From positions 1-64,000 of the forward strand of contig NZ_MWQY01000015.1 in assembly GCF_002087085.1 (NCBI RefSeq): a DNA stretch of 64,000 bases, written 5' to 3'. A model generated the notes under the pieces. The model did no database searches. It worked only from the letters and a program-made list of their open reading frames with translations, and was not told the origin of the DNA. The translations under genes were made by a program, and so were the position numbers. Below are positions 8,144-19,792 of the stretch, piece by piece; position 1 is the stretch's first letter, and each line of letters starts with the position of its first letter.

Positions 8144-9532
8144 TCAGGCAAAAAACTCCCGGTCCTGTTCTTCCCTCAGTTTCCACAATATCGCGGAATC
8201 CGGTATTTCCAGCATATCCATGGTCAGCAGTGTTCCCGGTTCAAGGTCTCTTTTAAGGGTCGTTCCATGGGCAAGGTAATAGGGGAGCTGGGTGTTCTCG
8301 CTGATGCTCTTTGCCGGAAGCAGCAGTCCTTCAAAGCCGTCTATAACGTGATGATGTCCCCGGGCTTCCAGAAATGTCCCCGCCTTAAGCGGTTTTACTG
8401 CCCGGGCTGCCAGATCGTAGCGGGGCCGGGGGCTCCTGGAACTTGTCGGCATCCCGAGAAGTCCCACGGAAAGAACGCTGAAAAGAGATTCGAACCCGAG
8501 ATAGTGGGCGGGATAGTAGATCAGGGCGGACTTTCCACTTCTGCTTACGGGCACTCCCTTTTCGCGCAGGATATCCCAGGTCTCCCTGTCGTCGCATTCC
8601 ACCACCACGTATACTCCGCCCTCCATGCTCTGTTCGTCGGATCGACGCAGGCAGTTGACGACATCGATGCGCATTCCTCCGGAAAGAATACCTCCCATCT
8701 CGGAAGGAGACATGATCTCGGGGATCTCCAGGGTCCTGGCAATGGGAAAATGAAACTCAGGAATATCGGGGTCAAAGTCAGGAAGATGGTTGCAGACTAT
8801 TCCCATTTCCGACAGGTCCGGAAGGGCCCGCTGGCCGAAAAGGGAGAGCGCCTCGCTCCGTTTTTTCAGTGTATCCGCCGCGTTATTCTCAAGGTCCCAG
8901 AGAGAAGCAAAGTCCGGAACCGACATAGTGGTATCCAGCACTTTGACAGTTGAATCCCCGGGATTATAGATAAAGTCATACTCGCTGGATTTGCCGATGC
9001 TCAGAATCCGCAGCCCTGCGGCACGTGCCCAGGAAACAAGTCCTATGAGCAGGGCCGGCTGGTCGCCCTCGGCAAGAGAGTAGATAACACCCTGCTGCCG
9101 CGCCTTGAGGGCCAGAAGCGGGCCGGCGACGGAGTCGGATTCCTTGGTTACCATGATCACATGCCTGCGATTTTCAATGGCGGCGAGAACATGCACCGCC
9201 GAGGCTTCCGGGTTGCCCGTACCTTCGATTACGATATCGAAGGGCATGGACATGGCAAGGGGAACGTCATTGAAGATCAGGTATTTGCCTTCCCGGAAGG
9301 CCTCCAGGCCTTCTTCGGCGGAACTGCAGTGTACAATCTCAGACTCACTTACGCCGATTGACCTGTAGGCGGCCACGCATTTCTGAACCTTCCTGCCGCA
9401 GAGTATCCGGATCGATATATTCTCGTTCCTTGATCCATACAGAAAGAGGGAGTGATTAAAACCCTGAACGCCGATAACGGCAAGCTCCAGTTTCTTTTTC
9501 CTGTCCGTTGCAAACAGCAGATCATAGTTCAT
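8144..9532 (-). CDS. Homoserine-dehydrogenase-like NAD(P)-binding protein with C-terminal SAF domain (COG4091-like)
   Basis: EGTGNPE, MVTKE.DS..GP.L, GDQP, GKSSEYD, YxPxHxLG, and a SAF tail (LKRDLEPGTLLT). Confidence 0.8.
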   Translation of the reverse strand: MNYDLLFATDRKKKLELAVIGVQGFNHSLFLYGSRNENISIRILCGRKVQKCVAAYRSIGVSESEIVHCSSAEEGLEAFREGKYLIFNDVPLAMSMPFDIVIEGTGNPEASAVHVLAAIENRRHVIMVTKESDSVAGPLLALKARQQGVIYSLAEGDQPALLIGLVSWARAAGLRILSIGKSSEYDFIYNPGDSTVKVLDTTMSVPDFASLWDLENNAADTLKKRSEALSLFGQRALPDLSEMGIVCNHLPDFDPDIPEFHFPIARTLEIPEIMSPSEMGGILSGGMRIDVVNCLRRSDEQSMEGGVYVVVECDDRETWDILREKGVPVSRSGKSALIYYPAHYLGFESLFSVLSVGLLGMPTSSRSPRPRYDLAARAVKPLKAGTFLEARGHHHVIDGFEGLLLPAKSISENTQLPYYLAHGTTLKRDLEPGTLLTMDMLEIPDSAILWKLREEQDREFFA

Positions 9533-9854
9533 AAGCGAGTCTCCGGTTTAAATAAGCTACTCTGGTATTTGCAAGTATGGTGCCAAGAGCGGTTTTGGAG
9601 CCGCGAATCTCACGATTGAAATACGAGACAATTAATTTCTTGTATAACAAGGAATAGCGAGAAGATCGACAAATAACCGGAATCAACGAATATCATGGCA
9701 AGGATTACCGTTTTCATCTGAAATTGCAGGGTTGCAAAGAAACAGTTATCCGGTGCAAAGAAAAGACAGAGAGATGGGATTGCTGTTATGATAGGTGGCA
9801 TGGCCAGGATATCAATAAACAGTTAATTATTGATATGTATTAGACAAACTGATC

Positions 9855-9883
9855 TTGACAGATGCATAAACCGGGTTTATCCT
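9855..9883 (+). promoter_or_regulatory. sigma70 promoter of the arabino-oligosaccharide uptake operon
   Basis: TTGACA-17-TATCCT, flanked by repeated ATCAATA/TATTGAT motifs. Confidence 0.65.
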
Positions 9884-9980
9884 TTTTTTGTATTGATTTT
9901 GTGTATCTATCAGTGTCTTTTCTGCTATCAATACCAAAAAGAATCACGGAATATGATTCTTAACATTTAGGAGGTTTTTT

Positions 9981-11288
9981 ATGTATCGTACCGTTGTAAA
10001 ACGTATGATGGTCGTGATGGTGGTCGTATTCTTGATGATCACTCCCCTGCTTGCAGGCGGCCAGGGAGACAAGGCCGAGGGAGGGCCAACTAAACTGACA
10101 CTCTGGACATCGAATGCTATCCATGGGGAGTTCTACATGGATGCGGCGAATCGATGGAATTCTGAATATCCAGATCAGCAGATCGAGCTTGAAGTAGTCA
10201 CGACCCCGAATGTTGAAATGCATAATCAGTTGACATTGGCATTTCAGGCCGGGGTCGGTGCACCGGACATTGTTGATATCAATATCAACTTCTTTTCCAA
10301 CTTCCTGAAAGGGGATATCCAGCTGGTTCCATTGAACGATGTGGTTGATCCTGTTCGCGATTCCTTCGTTGAGTCCCGATTTGATATTTACTCCAAAGAT
10401 GGAAAAGTTTATGGACTGCCTCTGCACGTAGGCGCTACGGTCGTCTATTACAACATGGAGATGATGGACAAGGCAGGTGTTGATGTTGAAGCAATCAAAA
10501 CCTGGGACGATTTTGAAGCAGCAGGACGGAAGGTGAGAGACACCCTCGGGATTCCCATGACGATCATCGAAACTGCTGATCAGCGGCCTTTCTGGCCCAT
10601 GATTGTTCAGCGGGGAGGAGATTATCTTGGACCCGATGGAAGCGTGACGCTGGACAGCAAAATTAACATTGAGGTTCTTGAGCGCCTGCACAGTTGGATG
10701 TTCGAGCAGAAAATTGCAGTTGGAGCTCCCGGCGGGAAAACCTGGGCTGAAGAATTCTTTCCCTTCATGAACAACGGCGGATTTGCAGCACTTATCATGC
10801 CTACCTGGTATATGAGCCGATTTCTGGAATTTATGCCGGATATCGCCGGTAAGATTGCTGTGAGACCTATGCCTGTGTGGGAAGAAGGGGATGCGCGTTC
10901 CTGTGGTATCGGTGGTACCGGATCTTCTGTAACAACTCAGTCTAAGCACATTGAGCTGGCTAAAAAATTCAATGCCTATGCAAAACTTACTGTTGAGTCG
11001 AATAAAAAGCTGTGGGAAATCATGCGTTTTGATCCGCCCAGATGGGATGGCGTATGGGACAGTCCTGAGCTCCTTAAGCCGGACCCCTATTTCTATAATG
11101 AACCAATATTTGAAATGCTGATTGAACTTGCCGAAGCGGATCAGATTCCTTCACCGAATTCCGGGGAGCTGTTAGCTGATGCCCAGACAGTTGTACGTAA
11201 CTCAGTCAGTTATTGGGTATTCGAAGATCAGAGCCGGACTCCGGAAGAGGCGCTTCGAGAAGCCGCTGCTGAATTAAGAAGAAAATAA
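9981..11288 (+). CDS. Sugar ABC transporter substrate-binding protein (AraN-like, arabino-oligosaccharide)
   Basis: Signal peptide, GAPDIVDI, GLPLHVGATV.YYN, GIGGTG. Upstream of two permeases and a GH51 gene. Confidence 0.88.
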   Translation: MYRTVVKRMMVVMVVVFLMITPLLAGGQGDKAEGGPTKLTLWTSNAIHGEFYMDAANRWNSEYPDQQIELEVVTTPNVEMHNQLTLAFQAGVGAPDIVDININFFSNFLKGDIQLVPLNDVVDPVRDSFVESRFDIYSKDGKVYGLPLHVGATVVYYNMEMMDKAGVDVEAIKTWDDFEAAGRKVRDTLGIPMTIIETADQRPFWPMIVQRGGDYLGPDGSVTLDSKINIEVLERLHSWMFEQKIAVGAPGGKTWAEEFFPFMNNGGFAALIMPTWYMSRFLEFMPDIAGKIAVRPMPVWEEGDARSCGIGGTGSSVTTQSKHIELAKKFNAYAKLTVESNKKLWEIMRFDPPRWDGVWDSPELLKPDPYFYNEPIFEMLIELAEADQIPSPNSGELLADAQTVVRNSVSYWVFEDQSRTPEEALREAAAELRRK

Positions 11289-11314
11289 ATAAAGTCTCTT
11301 GATATTGGTATAAT

Positions 11315-11350
11315 ATATCCGCTGGTTACCTCAGGGTTTCCAGCGGATAT
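11315..11350 (+). other. Intercistronic stem-loop after the binding-protein gene (probable mRNA stabiliser)
   Basis: atatccgctgg (11315-11325) / ccagcggatat (11340-11350), with no U-tract. Confidence 0.6.
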
Positions 11351-11451
11351 TATCAGAGGGGTGTGCTCTGTTCTGTTTTGTAAAACCATTAATAATGGTG
11401 TTATTTAACAAGCAGGGTAACTAGTCGACTTCAGGCGACTGAGAGGTTTCA

Positions 11452-12357
11452 ATGAAATCGCGTTCAGTGTCCAAGCTTACCGGTATTTTTTATTCTGCCC
11501 GGCTTGCACCGTATGTTTTTGTTCTTCCTTTTTTACTTGTGTTTTTTGTATTTTTTCTTTACCCGACTATTTCCAGTATTATCATGAGCCTTCATGATGT
11601 TAAAGGTTTTGGAAACTGGGAATTTATTGGACTGAAAAACTATGAAAGATTAAATAATATTCATTTTTTTAATGCTCTTCGTACAAGTTCTCTTTATACA
11701 TTTTTGACAATTGTGATTCTGATTCCAGTCCCGATGATAATTGCGATATTCCTCAACTCAAAGCTTATGCTGGCCAGGAACTTCTTTCGCTCCGTTGTTT
11801 TTATGCCTGCACTCATTTCAGTTGTCGTAGCGGGAATAGCGTTCCGTCTTTTATTCGGCAATACGGAAGTTGCTCTTATCAACAGTATTCTGGCCCGCTT
11901 CGGAATTGAACCCGTGCGGTGGATGCTGAATAAATCAACAGGCATGTTCCTGATGGTAGTACTGGGAACATGGCGTTATGCTGGAGTTAACATGATTTAC
12001 TTTATGTCTGGATTACAGGCAATTCCAGTCGAATTATATGAGTCCGCAAGTATTGATGGAGCAGGGGTATTCAGAAAATTTTTCGGCATAACATTACCTT
12101 TACTGAAACCTATAGCTATATATGTTCTAACCATAAGTATCTACGGTGGATACGCTATGTTTACCGAGAGTTATGTTTTCTGGAATCAATCCATGCCCGG
12201 AGATATCGGCATGACGATTGTACGATACATGTATCAGGAAGGATTACTCCAGAACAGACTTGGTGTTGGTTCGGCAGTCGGGGTTACCCTTCTGGCTATT
12301 GTATTTGTGATAAATATAATCCAGCTGCGTTTATTCGGCATGTTCCGCAAGGAGTAG
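11452..12357 (+). CDS. Sugar ABC transporter permease (AraP-like)
   Basis: EAA loop ELYESASIDGA...FFGITLPLLKP and multiple TM segments. Confidence 0.93.
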   Translation: MKSRSVSKLTGIFYSARLAPYVFVLPFLLVFFVFFLYPTISSIIMSLHDVKGFGNWEFIGLKNYERLNNIHFFNALRTSSLYTFLTIVILIPVPMIIAIFLNSKLMLARNFFRSVVFMPALISVVVAGIAFRLLFGNTEVALINSILARFGIEPVRWMLNKSTGMFLMVVLGTWRYAGVNMIYFMSGLQAIPVELYESASIDGAGVFRKFFGITLPLLKPIAIYVLTISIYGGYAMFTESYVFWNQSMPGDIGMTIVRYMYQEGLLQNRLGVGSAVGVTLLAIVFVINIIQLRLFGMFRKE

Positions 12358-12361
12358 GATA

Positions 12362-13222
12362 ATGAAAACAGCTTACGTCTTGAAAAAAAAGAAACGTGTA
12401 TCCCCGGGACAAATTATCGCCTTGGCTGGATTCGTTATTCTTGGTTTTATTTTAGTCTTTCCATTGTATTACCTGGTGCTTGCATCATTTCGTCAAACTC
12501 AGCTTCTGTTTCGCGAGGGTATGGCTCTGGGGATAAATCTCGAACAAATGACCCTGGAAAATTATGCATATATTTTCAGTGGTGCTTCAAAATACGCTTA
12601 CTGGTATTTTAACAGTATAGCAATAACCTCGCTCTATGCATTATCCGCGTTGATAGTGTGTTCCGTGGTTGGGTACGGACTCGCGGTTTATGATTTCAAG
12701 GGAAGAAACCTTATTTTTGGACTGGTTCTGTTTGTAATGATGATACCCCTCGAGATTCTGATGCTTCCATTGTATCAAATAATTATCAAACTTAAGATGG
12801 TCAATACGTATACTGGTGTAATCCTGCCGTATGTAGCTTTTCCTCTGGGAATATTCTTTTTTCGCCAATATGCAATAAGTCTTCCTCGGGACTATCTGGA
12901 TGCCGGAAGAATAGACGGCTGTACGGAATATGGCCTTTTCTTTCGTATCATGGCACCCCTCATGCTCCCTGCGTATGGAGCTATGGCGATTCTTTTAGCC
13001 AGGAAAGAGTGGAATAATTTTGTGTGGCCCCTGGTTGTATTGAGAACAAGTGACAAGTATACCCTTCCCATAGGTCTTGCAAGCCAGATAGACCCATACG
13101 GTACGGGATTTCAGGTCCTTCTTCCCGGCGCCGTCCTTGCGATATTGCCGCCTGTACTCGTATTTATTTTTGGGCAGAAATACTTCATATCAGGATTGAC
13201 TGTCGGAGGTATAAAAGGCTGA
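12362..13222 (+). CDS. Sugar ABC transporter permease (AraQ-like)
   Basis: LDAGRIDGC, WNNFVWP, TLPIGL. Confidence 0.93.
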   Translation: MKTAYVLKKKKRVSPGQIIALAGFVILGFILVFPLYYLVLASFRQTQLLFREGMALGINLEQMTLENYAYIFSGASKYAYWYFNSIAITSLYALSALIVCSVVGYGLAVYDFKGRNLIFGLVLFVMMIPLEILMLPLYQIIIKLKMVNTYTGVILPYVAFPLGIFFFRQYAISLPRDYLDAGRIDGCTEYGLFFRIMAPLMLPAYGAMAILLARKEWNNFVWPLVVLRTSDKYTLPIGLASQIDPYGTGFQVLLPGAVLAILPPVLVFIFGQKYFISGLTVGGIKG

Positions 13223-13319
13223 GGTTCATCACATTAACAATCTGAGAATTCATTCTATACGGTTAAATCATGCTTTTAAAACCTGATACTAAATGATCTT
13301 GAATCAAGGAGACAATTTC

Positions 13320-14816
13320 ATGCTAAACAAAATTATTGTTCAGACAGAGAGTGGAGACCACAAAATTGATAAGAATATCTATGGACATTTCGCTGAGCAT
13401 CTTGGCCGGTGTATCTACGATGGTATCTGGGTGGGAGAAAAGAGCAGTATCCCCAATATACGCGGAATGAGAAAGGATGTCGTCGAGGCATTGAAGGGCA
13501 TAAAAGCTCCGGTCCTGCGCTGGCCCGGCGGGTGCTTCGCAGATGAGTATCACTGGAAGGACGGTGTGGGCAGCAGGGAAGAGCGCCGTCCCATGGTAAA
13601 CAGCAACTGGGGCGGAGTGGTAGAAGACAACCAGTTCGGTACCCACGAATTCTTTGATCTGTGTGAACAGATCGGGGCGGAGCCCTATATCTGCGGTAAC
13701 GTAGGCAGTGGAACTATCCATGAAATGCAGGAGTGGATCGAGTATATGAACTGGCCCGATTCCACTCCCATGTCGGAAATGAGAATCAGGAATGGAAGAA
13801 AAGAACCATTTAATATCAAGTATTTCGGAATCGGGAATGAAAACTGGGGCTGCGGTGGAAAGATGACTCCGGAGTACTATGCGTCAGTCTATAAAAGATA
13901 TAATACCTTTGTCCGTGACTATAACGGACAAAAAATCTTCAGAATTGCCTGTGGTCCGCGAAACGATGATTATCACTGGACCGATGTCATGATGCGGGAC
14001 GCCCGGTGCTGCATGGATGGGCTTGCTCTCCATTATTATTCCAGAATGTTTTCCAGTGGAGAAAGTACCACTGAAGAAAGGGGCTCGGCAACCGATTTCC
14101 CGGAAGATGAATGGGCTCTCATTCTGAGAAAAGCCCATAATACCGAGGAGCTGGTCCATAGGCATTCGGCCATTATGGATCGCTATGATCCGGAGAAGAG
14201 GGTAGCACTGATCGTTGATGAGTGGGGTACGTGGTTCGAAGTAGAACCCGGAACACATCCCCGTTTTCTGTATCAGCAGAATACAATGAGAGATGCTCTC
14301 GTTGCTTCAATAAGCCTGAATATTTTCAATGAATACAGTGACCGGGTCAGAATGGCCAATATAGCGCAGACGGTCAATGTGCTGCAGGCCATGGTTCTCA
14401 CGGACGGTCCAAGAATGCTTCTCACCCCGACCTATCACGTTTTCGATATGTACAAGGGGCACCAGGATGCGACTTCTTTACCTGTTTATACTGAATCGGA
14501 ACAATACAGCTACGGTGAATACAGTATGGATAAAGTAAGCGCTTCTGCTTCGAGGGCCGATGACGGCAGCATCCTTGTAACCATGAACAACCTTGACACG
14601 AAAAAGCCGGCGGAAATAAGGACTGTACTCAGAGGTACCCGGATTAAAAATGTGAGCGGGCGGATCTTGTCCAGCTCATCGATGCATCTGCACAATACCT
14701 TTGATGAGCCGGACAGACTCAGCCCCCAAAACTTCGCTGAATTTAAAGCTGAATCTGATGAACTCAAGCTGACGGTTCCGCCGATGTCTGTTGTCGCACT
14801 TCGAATAGAATCCTAG
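13320..14816 (+). CDS. abfA: Alpha-L-arabinofuranosidase, GH51
   Basis: [25 protein letters not shown] (acid/base), DEWG (nucleophile), [16 protein letters not shown] 13320 follows an AGGAG SD. Confidence 0.93.
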   Translation: MLNKIIVQTESGDHKIDKNIYGHFAEHLGRCIYDGIWVGEKSSIPNIRGMRKDVVEALKGIKAPVLRWPGGCFADEYHWKDGVGSREERRPMVNSNWGGVVEDNQFGTHEFFDLCEQIGAEPYICGNVGSGTIHEMQEWIEYMNWPDSTPMSEMRIRNGRKEPFNIKYFGIGNENWGCGGKMTPEYYASVYKRYNTFVRDYNGQKIFRIACGPRNDDYHWTDVMMRDARCCMDGLALHYYSRMFSSGESTTEERGSATDFPEDEWALILRKAHNTEELVHRHSAIMDRYDPEKRVALIVDEWGTWFEVEPGTHPRFLYQQNTMRDALVASISLNIFNEYSDRVRMANIAQTVNVLQAMVLTDGPRMLLTPTYHVFDMYKGHQDATSLPVYTESEQYSYGEYSMDKVSASASRADDGSILVTMNNLDTKKPAEIRTVLRGTRIKNVSGRILSSSSMHLHNTFDEPDRLSPQNFAEFKAESDELKLTVPPMSVVALRIES

Positions 14817-14833
14817 TCGGTATGTATATGCCG

Positions 14834-14888
14834 CCGTGTCCGCACCAGTGACGGGGTAGCCCGGAGCTGGTGCGGCACGGTTTTTTTT
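14834..14888 (+). terminator. Intrinsic terminator after abfA
   Basis: ccgtg.ccgcaccag ... ctggtgcggcacgg followed by T8. Confidence 0.8.
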
Positions 14889-15006
14889 ATAACTGTGCTT
14901 TGAGAGCAGGAATTTGAAAGATTTTGTGTGCTTTACATTTTATAGCTCTGAGTATCATGGAAATTGATTTAAATTACTGATATAATCTGTGCTGAGACGT
15001 GAAGAG

Positions 15007-15942
15007 ATGAATAACCGAGAAAATAGAGCCATTATAATAGATCCCAGCGAAGATTTTGATAAAATCAAGGGGCTTGCCTCGAAGATACGCCTGAAGATAC
15101 TCGAGATCATTGACCAGGGCGCCAAAAACATCAATGAGCTATCCGCTGCTCTGGAGATGCCTCAGTCAACAATCGCGACAAACGTGATGATTCTTGAGGA
15201 GGCTGGACTGATTAAAACAGAGCAGATTAAGGGGAAGAAAGGGACACAAAAGATTTGTCACCCGATTTACTCCGAGATAGTGATTGAGTTCGCAAACCTG
15301 AAAAGAGAAGTGGAACAGGATAATGTCATTGAAGTTGAAATGCCAATCGGTTTGTATAACCGGTATGAGGTTTCCGCCCCCTGTGGACTTTGCTCGACGG
15401 AGAGTATAATCGGTTATCTCGATGTCCCTAACCATTTTCTCAATCCCGAGAGGGTAAAAGCCGGACTGATCTGGTTCGAAAAAGGTTACGTTGAGTACAA
15501 GTTTCCCAACAACAGCCTCTACAAGGATACCTCACTCAAGACTCTGGAACTGGTAACAGAACTTTCTTCAGAGGTTCCCGGCACCAACAAGGAATGGCTG
15601 TCGGATATCTCCCTGTGGTTGAACGACGTAAAAGTCGGTACCTGGACGTCCCCCGGGGACTATGGTGATAAAAGAGGAAAGCTGACTCCTTCCTGGTGGA
15701 AGCTCGAAGGATCACAATATGGTCTGCTCAAAAGCTGGAGGGTTACAAACAACGGTTCTTTTGTTGACGGCTTAAAAATATCTGATGTTAAGATTGCGGA
15801 TCTTGATCTTTCCGCCCACCACTCCATTACCGTCAAAATCGGTGTCGAAGATGACGCAAAACATGTGGGCGGAATAAATATCTTTGGACGTGGATTCGGC
15901 AACTACAATCAGGATATAGTCTTACGTCTCTACTTCTCCTAG
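15007..15942 (+). CDS. ArsR-like HTH transcriptional regulator with C-terminal sensor domain (COG4189-like)
   Basis: N-terminal LAS..RL.IL...NINELS..LE.AGLI HTH, G.QKIC, PCGL, W...G.VEY, WTSPGD.GD.RG.LTP.WW. An extended -10 (TGaTATAAT, 14978-14986) argues for ATG 15007 over GTG 14989. Confidence 0.85.
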   Translation: MNNRENRAIIIDPSEDFDKIKGLASKIRLKILEIIDQGAKNINELSAALEMPQSTIATNVMILEEAGLIKTEQIKGKKGTQKICHPIYSEIVIEFANLKREVEQDNVIEVEMPIGLYNRYEVSAPCGLCSTESIIGYLDVPNHFLNPERVKAGLIWFEKGYVEYKFPNNSLYKDTSLKTLELVTELSSEVPGTNKEWLSDISLWLNDVKVGTWTSPGDYGDKRGKLTPSWWKLEGSQYGLLKSWRVTNNGSFVDGLKISDVKIADLDLSAHHSITVKIGVEDDAKHVGGINIFGRGFGNYNQDIVLRLYFS

Positions 15943-17541
15943 TGCCTTGACCGCCTCCCGCTCAATGGACAGACCATTATGATAGCGCCTGAAGAATTCG
16001 TTGAATCCCTTTACATCTTCAGGATCCGGTTTGACCGCCTGCCCCAGGCTGTCGGCTATCAGGGAATCGAGAAAATCCGGCAGGCTCGAGGTCTCCCTGC
16101 CTTTCAGCATATAGGCCGCAAGCAGAGCCATTCCCCAGGCTCCTCCCTCTCCGGCGGTTTCCGGGAGGCTTACCGGGGTCCCGGTGGCGGCTGCCATGAT
16201 GCGCTGCCCAACCTCCGGTGTCCTGAAAATCCCTCCGTGGCCGCGAATCTCGTCAACAGCGACCCCCTCTTTTTCGGTAAGAATATTCAGTCCCGTACGC
16301 AGGGCGCAGAAGGCGGTAAAAAGCAGGGCGCGCAGCAGGTTCGGCAGGGTAAAACTGCTTTCCGGTCTGCGGACTACAAGGGGACGGCCTTCACTGAACC
16401 CGGTTATATGTTCTCCGGAGACATAGCTTATGGCCAGGAGTCCCCCTGCATCGGGGTCTCCCTGCAGCGCCAGGGGCATCAGTTTCCCATAGAGGCTGTC
16501 CGCCGATGCATCCATACCCATGACCGAGGCAGCCTGGCCGAGGATTCCCATCCAGGCGTCAAAGTCGCTGGAGCAGTTGTTGGAGTGGGCCATGGCAACG
16601 GGTTTTCCGTCGGGAGTCGTCACGATGTCGATCTCCGGATGAACCTCTCTGAGGGGTTTTTCAAGTACGATCATGGCGAATACCGAGGTTCCCGCTGAGA
16701 CGTTTCCGGTCCTGGGACGTACACTGTTGGTGGCCACCATGCCTGTACCGGCGTCTCCCTCCGGGGGGCAGACGGGTATGCCCGCCTTCAGCCTGCCCGA
16801 GGGATCCAGGAGCTCAGCCCCCGACCGGGACAGAGTGCCGGCCTTTTCCCCGGCCATCAGAACTTTCGGCAGAATGTCTCTGAGCTTCCACGGATAGTTT
16901 TTTTCAGCCACCAGGCGATCGAATTTCTCTATCCTGGCCTTGTCATAGTCCAGGGTTTCGGGGTCGATGGGAAACATCCCTGAGCCTTCGCCGATGCCCG
17001 TGACCCGTTCTCCCGTCAGCTTCCAGTGGACGTAGCCCGCCAGGGTGGTGAGGTAGTCGATCTCTTTAACGTGTTCTTCCTTGTTCAGGATCGCCTGGTA
17101 CAGATGGGCGATGCTCCACCGCTGGGGAATGGCGAAACCGAAGAGCTTCGTGAGCTCTTGAGCAGCTTTTCCGGTTATGTTGTTGCGCCAGGTACGAAAG
17201 GGAGTAAGAAGTTCACCGTTTTTATCCAGGGCTACATATCCGTGCATCATGCCGCTGAAACCTCCGGCGCTGAAGGTTTCCAGTTCCAGGGCATAGCGTT
17301 TTTTGACATCCTCCGTCAGATCGGCATAGCAGCCGGCGATTCCCCGCCAGACCTCGTCCATGTCGTAGGTCCAGACACCCTTCTCAAACCTGTTCTCCCA
17401 GCCGTAGGAGCCGCCGGCAAGGGGAGATCCCTCCGGACTTATAAGACTGGCCTTGATTCGGGTGGAACCGAGTTCCATTCCCAGTATTGCTTTTCCGCTC
17501 CTGATTATCTGTGCCATGTTCTGCATGGATTCAGTGTTCAT
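15922..17541 (-). CDS. araB: FGGY-family pentulose kinase, probable L-ribulokinase
   Basis: [44 protein letters not shown]. Lies in an operon with araA/araD. Start moved to ATG 17541. Confidence 0.85.
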   Translation of the reverse strand: MNTESMQNMAQIIRSGKAILGMELGSTRIKASLISPEGSPLAGGSYGWENRFEKGVWTYDMDEVWRGIAGCYADLTEDVKKRYALELETFSAGGFSGMMHGYVALDKNGELLTPFRTWRNNITGKAAQELTKLFGFAIPQRWSIAHLYQAILNKEEHVKEIDYLTTLAGYVHWKLTGERVTGIGEGSGMFPIDPETLDYDKARIEKFDRLVAEKNYPWKLRDILPKVLMAGEKAGTLSRSGAELLDPSGRLKAGIPVCPPEGDAGTGMVATNSVRPRTGNVSAGTSVFAMIVLEKPLREVHPEIDIVTTPDGKPVAMAHSNNCSSDFDAWMGILGQAASVMGMDASADSLYGKLMPLALQGDPDAGGLLAISYVSGEHITGFSEGRPLVVRRPESSFTLPNLLRALLFTAFCALRTGLNILTEKEGVAVDEIRGHGGIFRTPEVGQRIMAAATGTPVSLPETAGEGGAWGMALLAAYMLKGRETSSLPDFLDSLIADSLGQAVKPDPEDVKGFNEFFRRYHNGLSIEREAVKALGEVET

Positions 17542-17572
17542 TTCTTCCCCCTTCCTTCTGTGGGACCTCTGC

Positions 17573-19072
17573 TTACAGACCTTTGAGCCCGTAATAGGCT
17601 TCGTTCCAGCGGAGTTCCTGTCGAAAACTGCGCAGATCAGTGTTTTCGTCGATAAGTACCATCTCGATCCCGGCCATGGCAGCGAAATCCTCCAGGTGCT
17701 CCACACTGACTGCGGGACTGTAGGCGGTGTGATGGGCCCCTCCGGCGTGTATCCAGGCGGCAGCCGCGGTTTTAAGGTCCGGCAGGGGTTTCCACAGGAC
17801 CCGGGCTACCGGCAGCCGGGGCAGATCATCATCAGCGGTGACTGTTTCAACAGGATTGACCAGGAGGCGGAAGCGGTTCCCCATATCTATGATACTGGCG
17901 TTCACCGCCGGTCCGGGGTTTGTGTTGAACACCAGCCGGGCGGGGTCGTCTTTGCCGCCGATTCCCAGGGGGTGGACCTCCAGGGATGGCTTGTCCGCAG
18001 CGATGGATGAGCAGACCTCAAGCATATGGGCGCCCAGGACCCGTTCCTTGCCGGGTTCCAGGTGATAGGTGTAATCCTCCATAAAGCTGACTCCCCCGGG
18101 GCTTCCGAGGGCCATAACCTTCAGGCTGCGGACCAGGGCGGAGGTTTTCCAGTCCCCCTCCGCGCCGAAACCGTAACCCGATTCCATCAGTCGCTGTACA
18201 GCCAGGCCCGGCAGCTGTTTCATGCCGTAGAGATCCTCGAAGGTCGTGGTAAAGGCGGAGAATCCTCCTTCCTCCAGAAAGGCCCGCATCCCCAGTTCGA
18301 TCCGGGCTGATTCCCGTACCTTGTCGGATTTTTCGGCTCCGGGACCCATTCTGTAGCTGTTTGCATATTCGTCAACCAGAGAGGCGATTTCTCCGTCCCC
18401 CACGGCCTGTATATGCTCTACCAGTTCTCCAACCCCGTATCCGTTGACGGAATAACCGAAGCGGATCTGGGCTTCAACCTTGTCACCTTCGGTTACCGCG
18501 ACCTCCCGCATGTTATCGCCGAAACGGGCTATCTTCATGTGCCTGGAGTCGTACCAGGCGAGGGCAGCTCCCAGCCAGATGTCGAGTTTTTTCATGACCT
18601 CGGGGTCCTGCCAGTGTCCGACGATTACCTTGCGCTCGATACGCAGGCGGCTTCCGATGAAACCGAACTCCCTGCCGCCGTGGGCGGACTGATGCAGGTT
18701 CATGAAGTCCATATCGATCTGTGCCCAGGGGATGTCCCGGCCGAACTGGGTATGGAGATGCACAAAGGGTTTTTTGAGTCCCGAAAGACCGGCAATCCAC
18801 ATCTTTGCCGGCGAGAAGGTGTGCATCCAGGTAATGAGACCCACGCATTTTTCGCTTGCATCGGCCTCAATACATACCTTTGCCACCTCCTCCGCGGTTG
18901 TGGCCAGCGTTTTATATACAATCTTCAGGGGAAGTTTTGTGGCTTCCGCAAGTCCCGCGGCAATCTTCCTCGAATCCGATGCCACCTGCTTCAGGGTCTC
19001 TTCTCCGTACAGGTGCTGGCTTCCGGTGACAAACCATACTTCCAGCTGTTTAAAATCGTCTTTCTTCAGCAT
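17573..19072 (-). CDS. araA: L-arabinose isomerase
   Basis: [54 protein letters not shown]. Start at ATG 19072. Confidence 0.97.
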   Translation of the reverse strand: MLKKDDFKQLEVWFVTGSQHLYGEETLKQVASDSRKIAAGLAEATKLPLKIVYKTLATTAEEVAKVCIEADASEKCVGLITWMHTFSPAKMWIAGLSGLKKPFVHLHTQFGRDIPWAQIDMDFMNLHQSAHGGREFGFIGSRLRIERKVIVGHWQDPEVMKKLDIWLGAALAWYDSRHMKIARFGDNMREVAVTEGDKVEAQIRFGYSVNGYGVGELVEHIQAVGDGEIASLVDEYANSYRMGPGAEKSDKVRESARIELGMRAFLEEGGFSAFTTTFEDLYGMKQLPGLAVQRLMESGYGFGAEGDWKTSALVRSLKVMALGSPGGVSFMEDYTYHLEPGKERVLGAHMLEVCSSIAADKPSLEVHPLGIGGKDDPARLVFNTNPGPAVNASIIDMGNRFRLLVNPVETVTADDDLPRLPVARVLWKPLPDLKTAAAAWIHAGGAHHTAYSPAVSVEHLEDFAAMAGIEMVLIDENTDLRSFRQELRWNEAYYGLKGL

Positions 19073-19097
19073 TTTAAGTTCCTCTCTTTGTTTTATG

Positions 19098-19790
19098 TCA
19101 TGCCTGCCCATAGTAGGCGTCTTTACCGTGCTTGCGGTCATAGTGCTTTCGTTTCAGGGATTCCTTCAGCCTGGGAGTGCCCGGGCGCAGTATCCGTGTC
19201 AGCCAGGCCATTTTGGCGATCTCTTCCAGCACCGCCGCGTTATACACGCTTTTCCAGGCACTCTTTCCCCAGGCAAAGGGCCCGTGGCAGGCCACGAGTA
19301 CCATCTCGATCTCCAGGGGATTCAACCCCCTGAAGGCCTGGACTATCTGATTTCCCGTTTCGATTTCGTAGTTGTTCCTGATGGCCTCGTCCCGCATAAC
19401 CTCCGTGCAGGGAATGTCCTCCGTCAGGTGGTCCGCATGGGTGGTGCCGTAAATCGGAACTGCTTCGCAGGCCTGGGCCCATGCGACCCCGTAGGGACTG
19501 TGGGTGTGGGTAATACCCAGGACTCCGGAAAACTCACGGTAGAGGACTGCGTGGGTCGGGGTATCCGAGGAGGGGCGGAGGTCTCCTTCAACCACCTTAC
19601 CGTCAAGGTCAACCAGAACCATGGCCTGTGGGCTCAGTTCCGCATAGGGAACTCCCGAGGGCTTTATGGCGAATACGCCGGCTTCAGGATCAAAGGCGCT
19701 GGCGTTTCCGAAGGTATAGATGGCAAGCTTCTGCTTCTCGATCTCCATGTTGGCCTCGTAGGCCTCACGTCTCAGTTCTGTAAATTTCAT
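19098..19790 (-). CDS. araD: L-ribulose-5-phosphate 4-epimerase
   Basis: [47 protein letters not shown]. Confidence 0.97.
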   Translation of the reverse strand: MKFTELRREAYEANMEIEKQKLAIYTFGNASAFDPEAGVFAIKPSGVPYAELSPQAMVLVDLDGKVVEGDLRPSSDTPTHAVLYREFSGVLGITHTHSPYGVAWAQACEAVPIYGTTHADHLTEDIPCTEVMRDEAIRNNYEIETGNQIVQAFRGLNPLEIEMVLVACHGPFAWGKSAWKSVYNAAVLEEIAKMAWLTRILRPGTPRLKESLKRKHYDRKHGKDAYYGQA

Positions 19791-19792
19791 GA

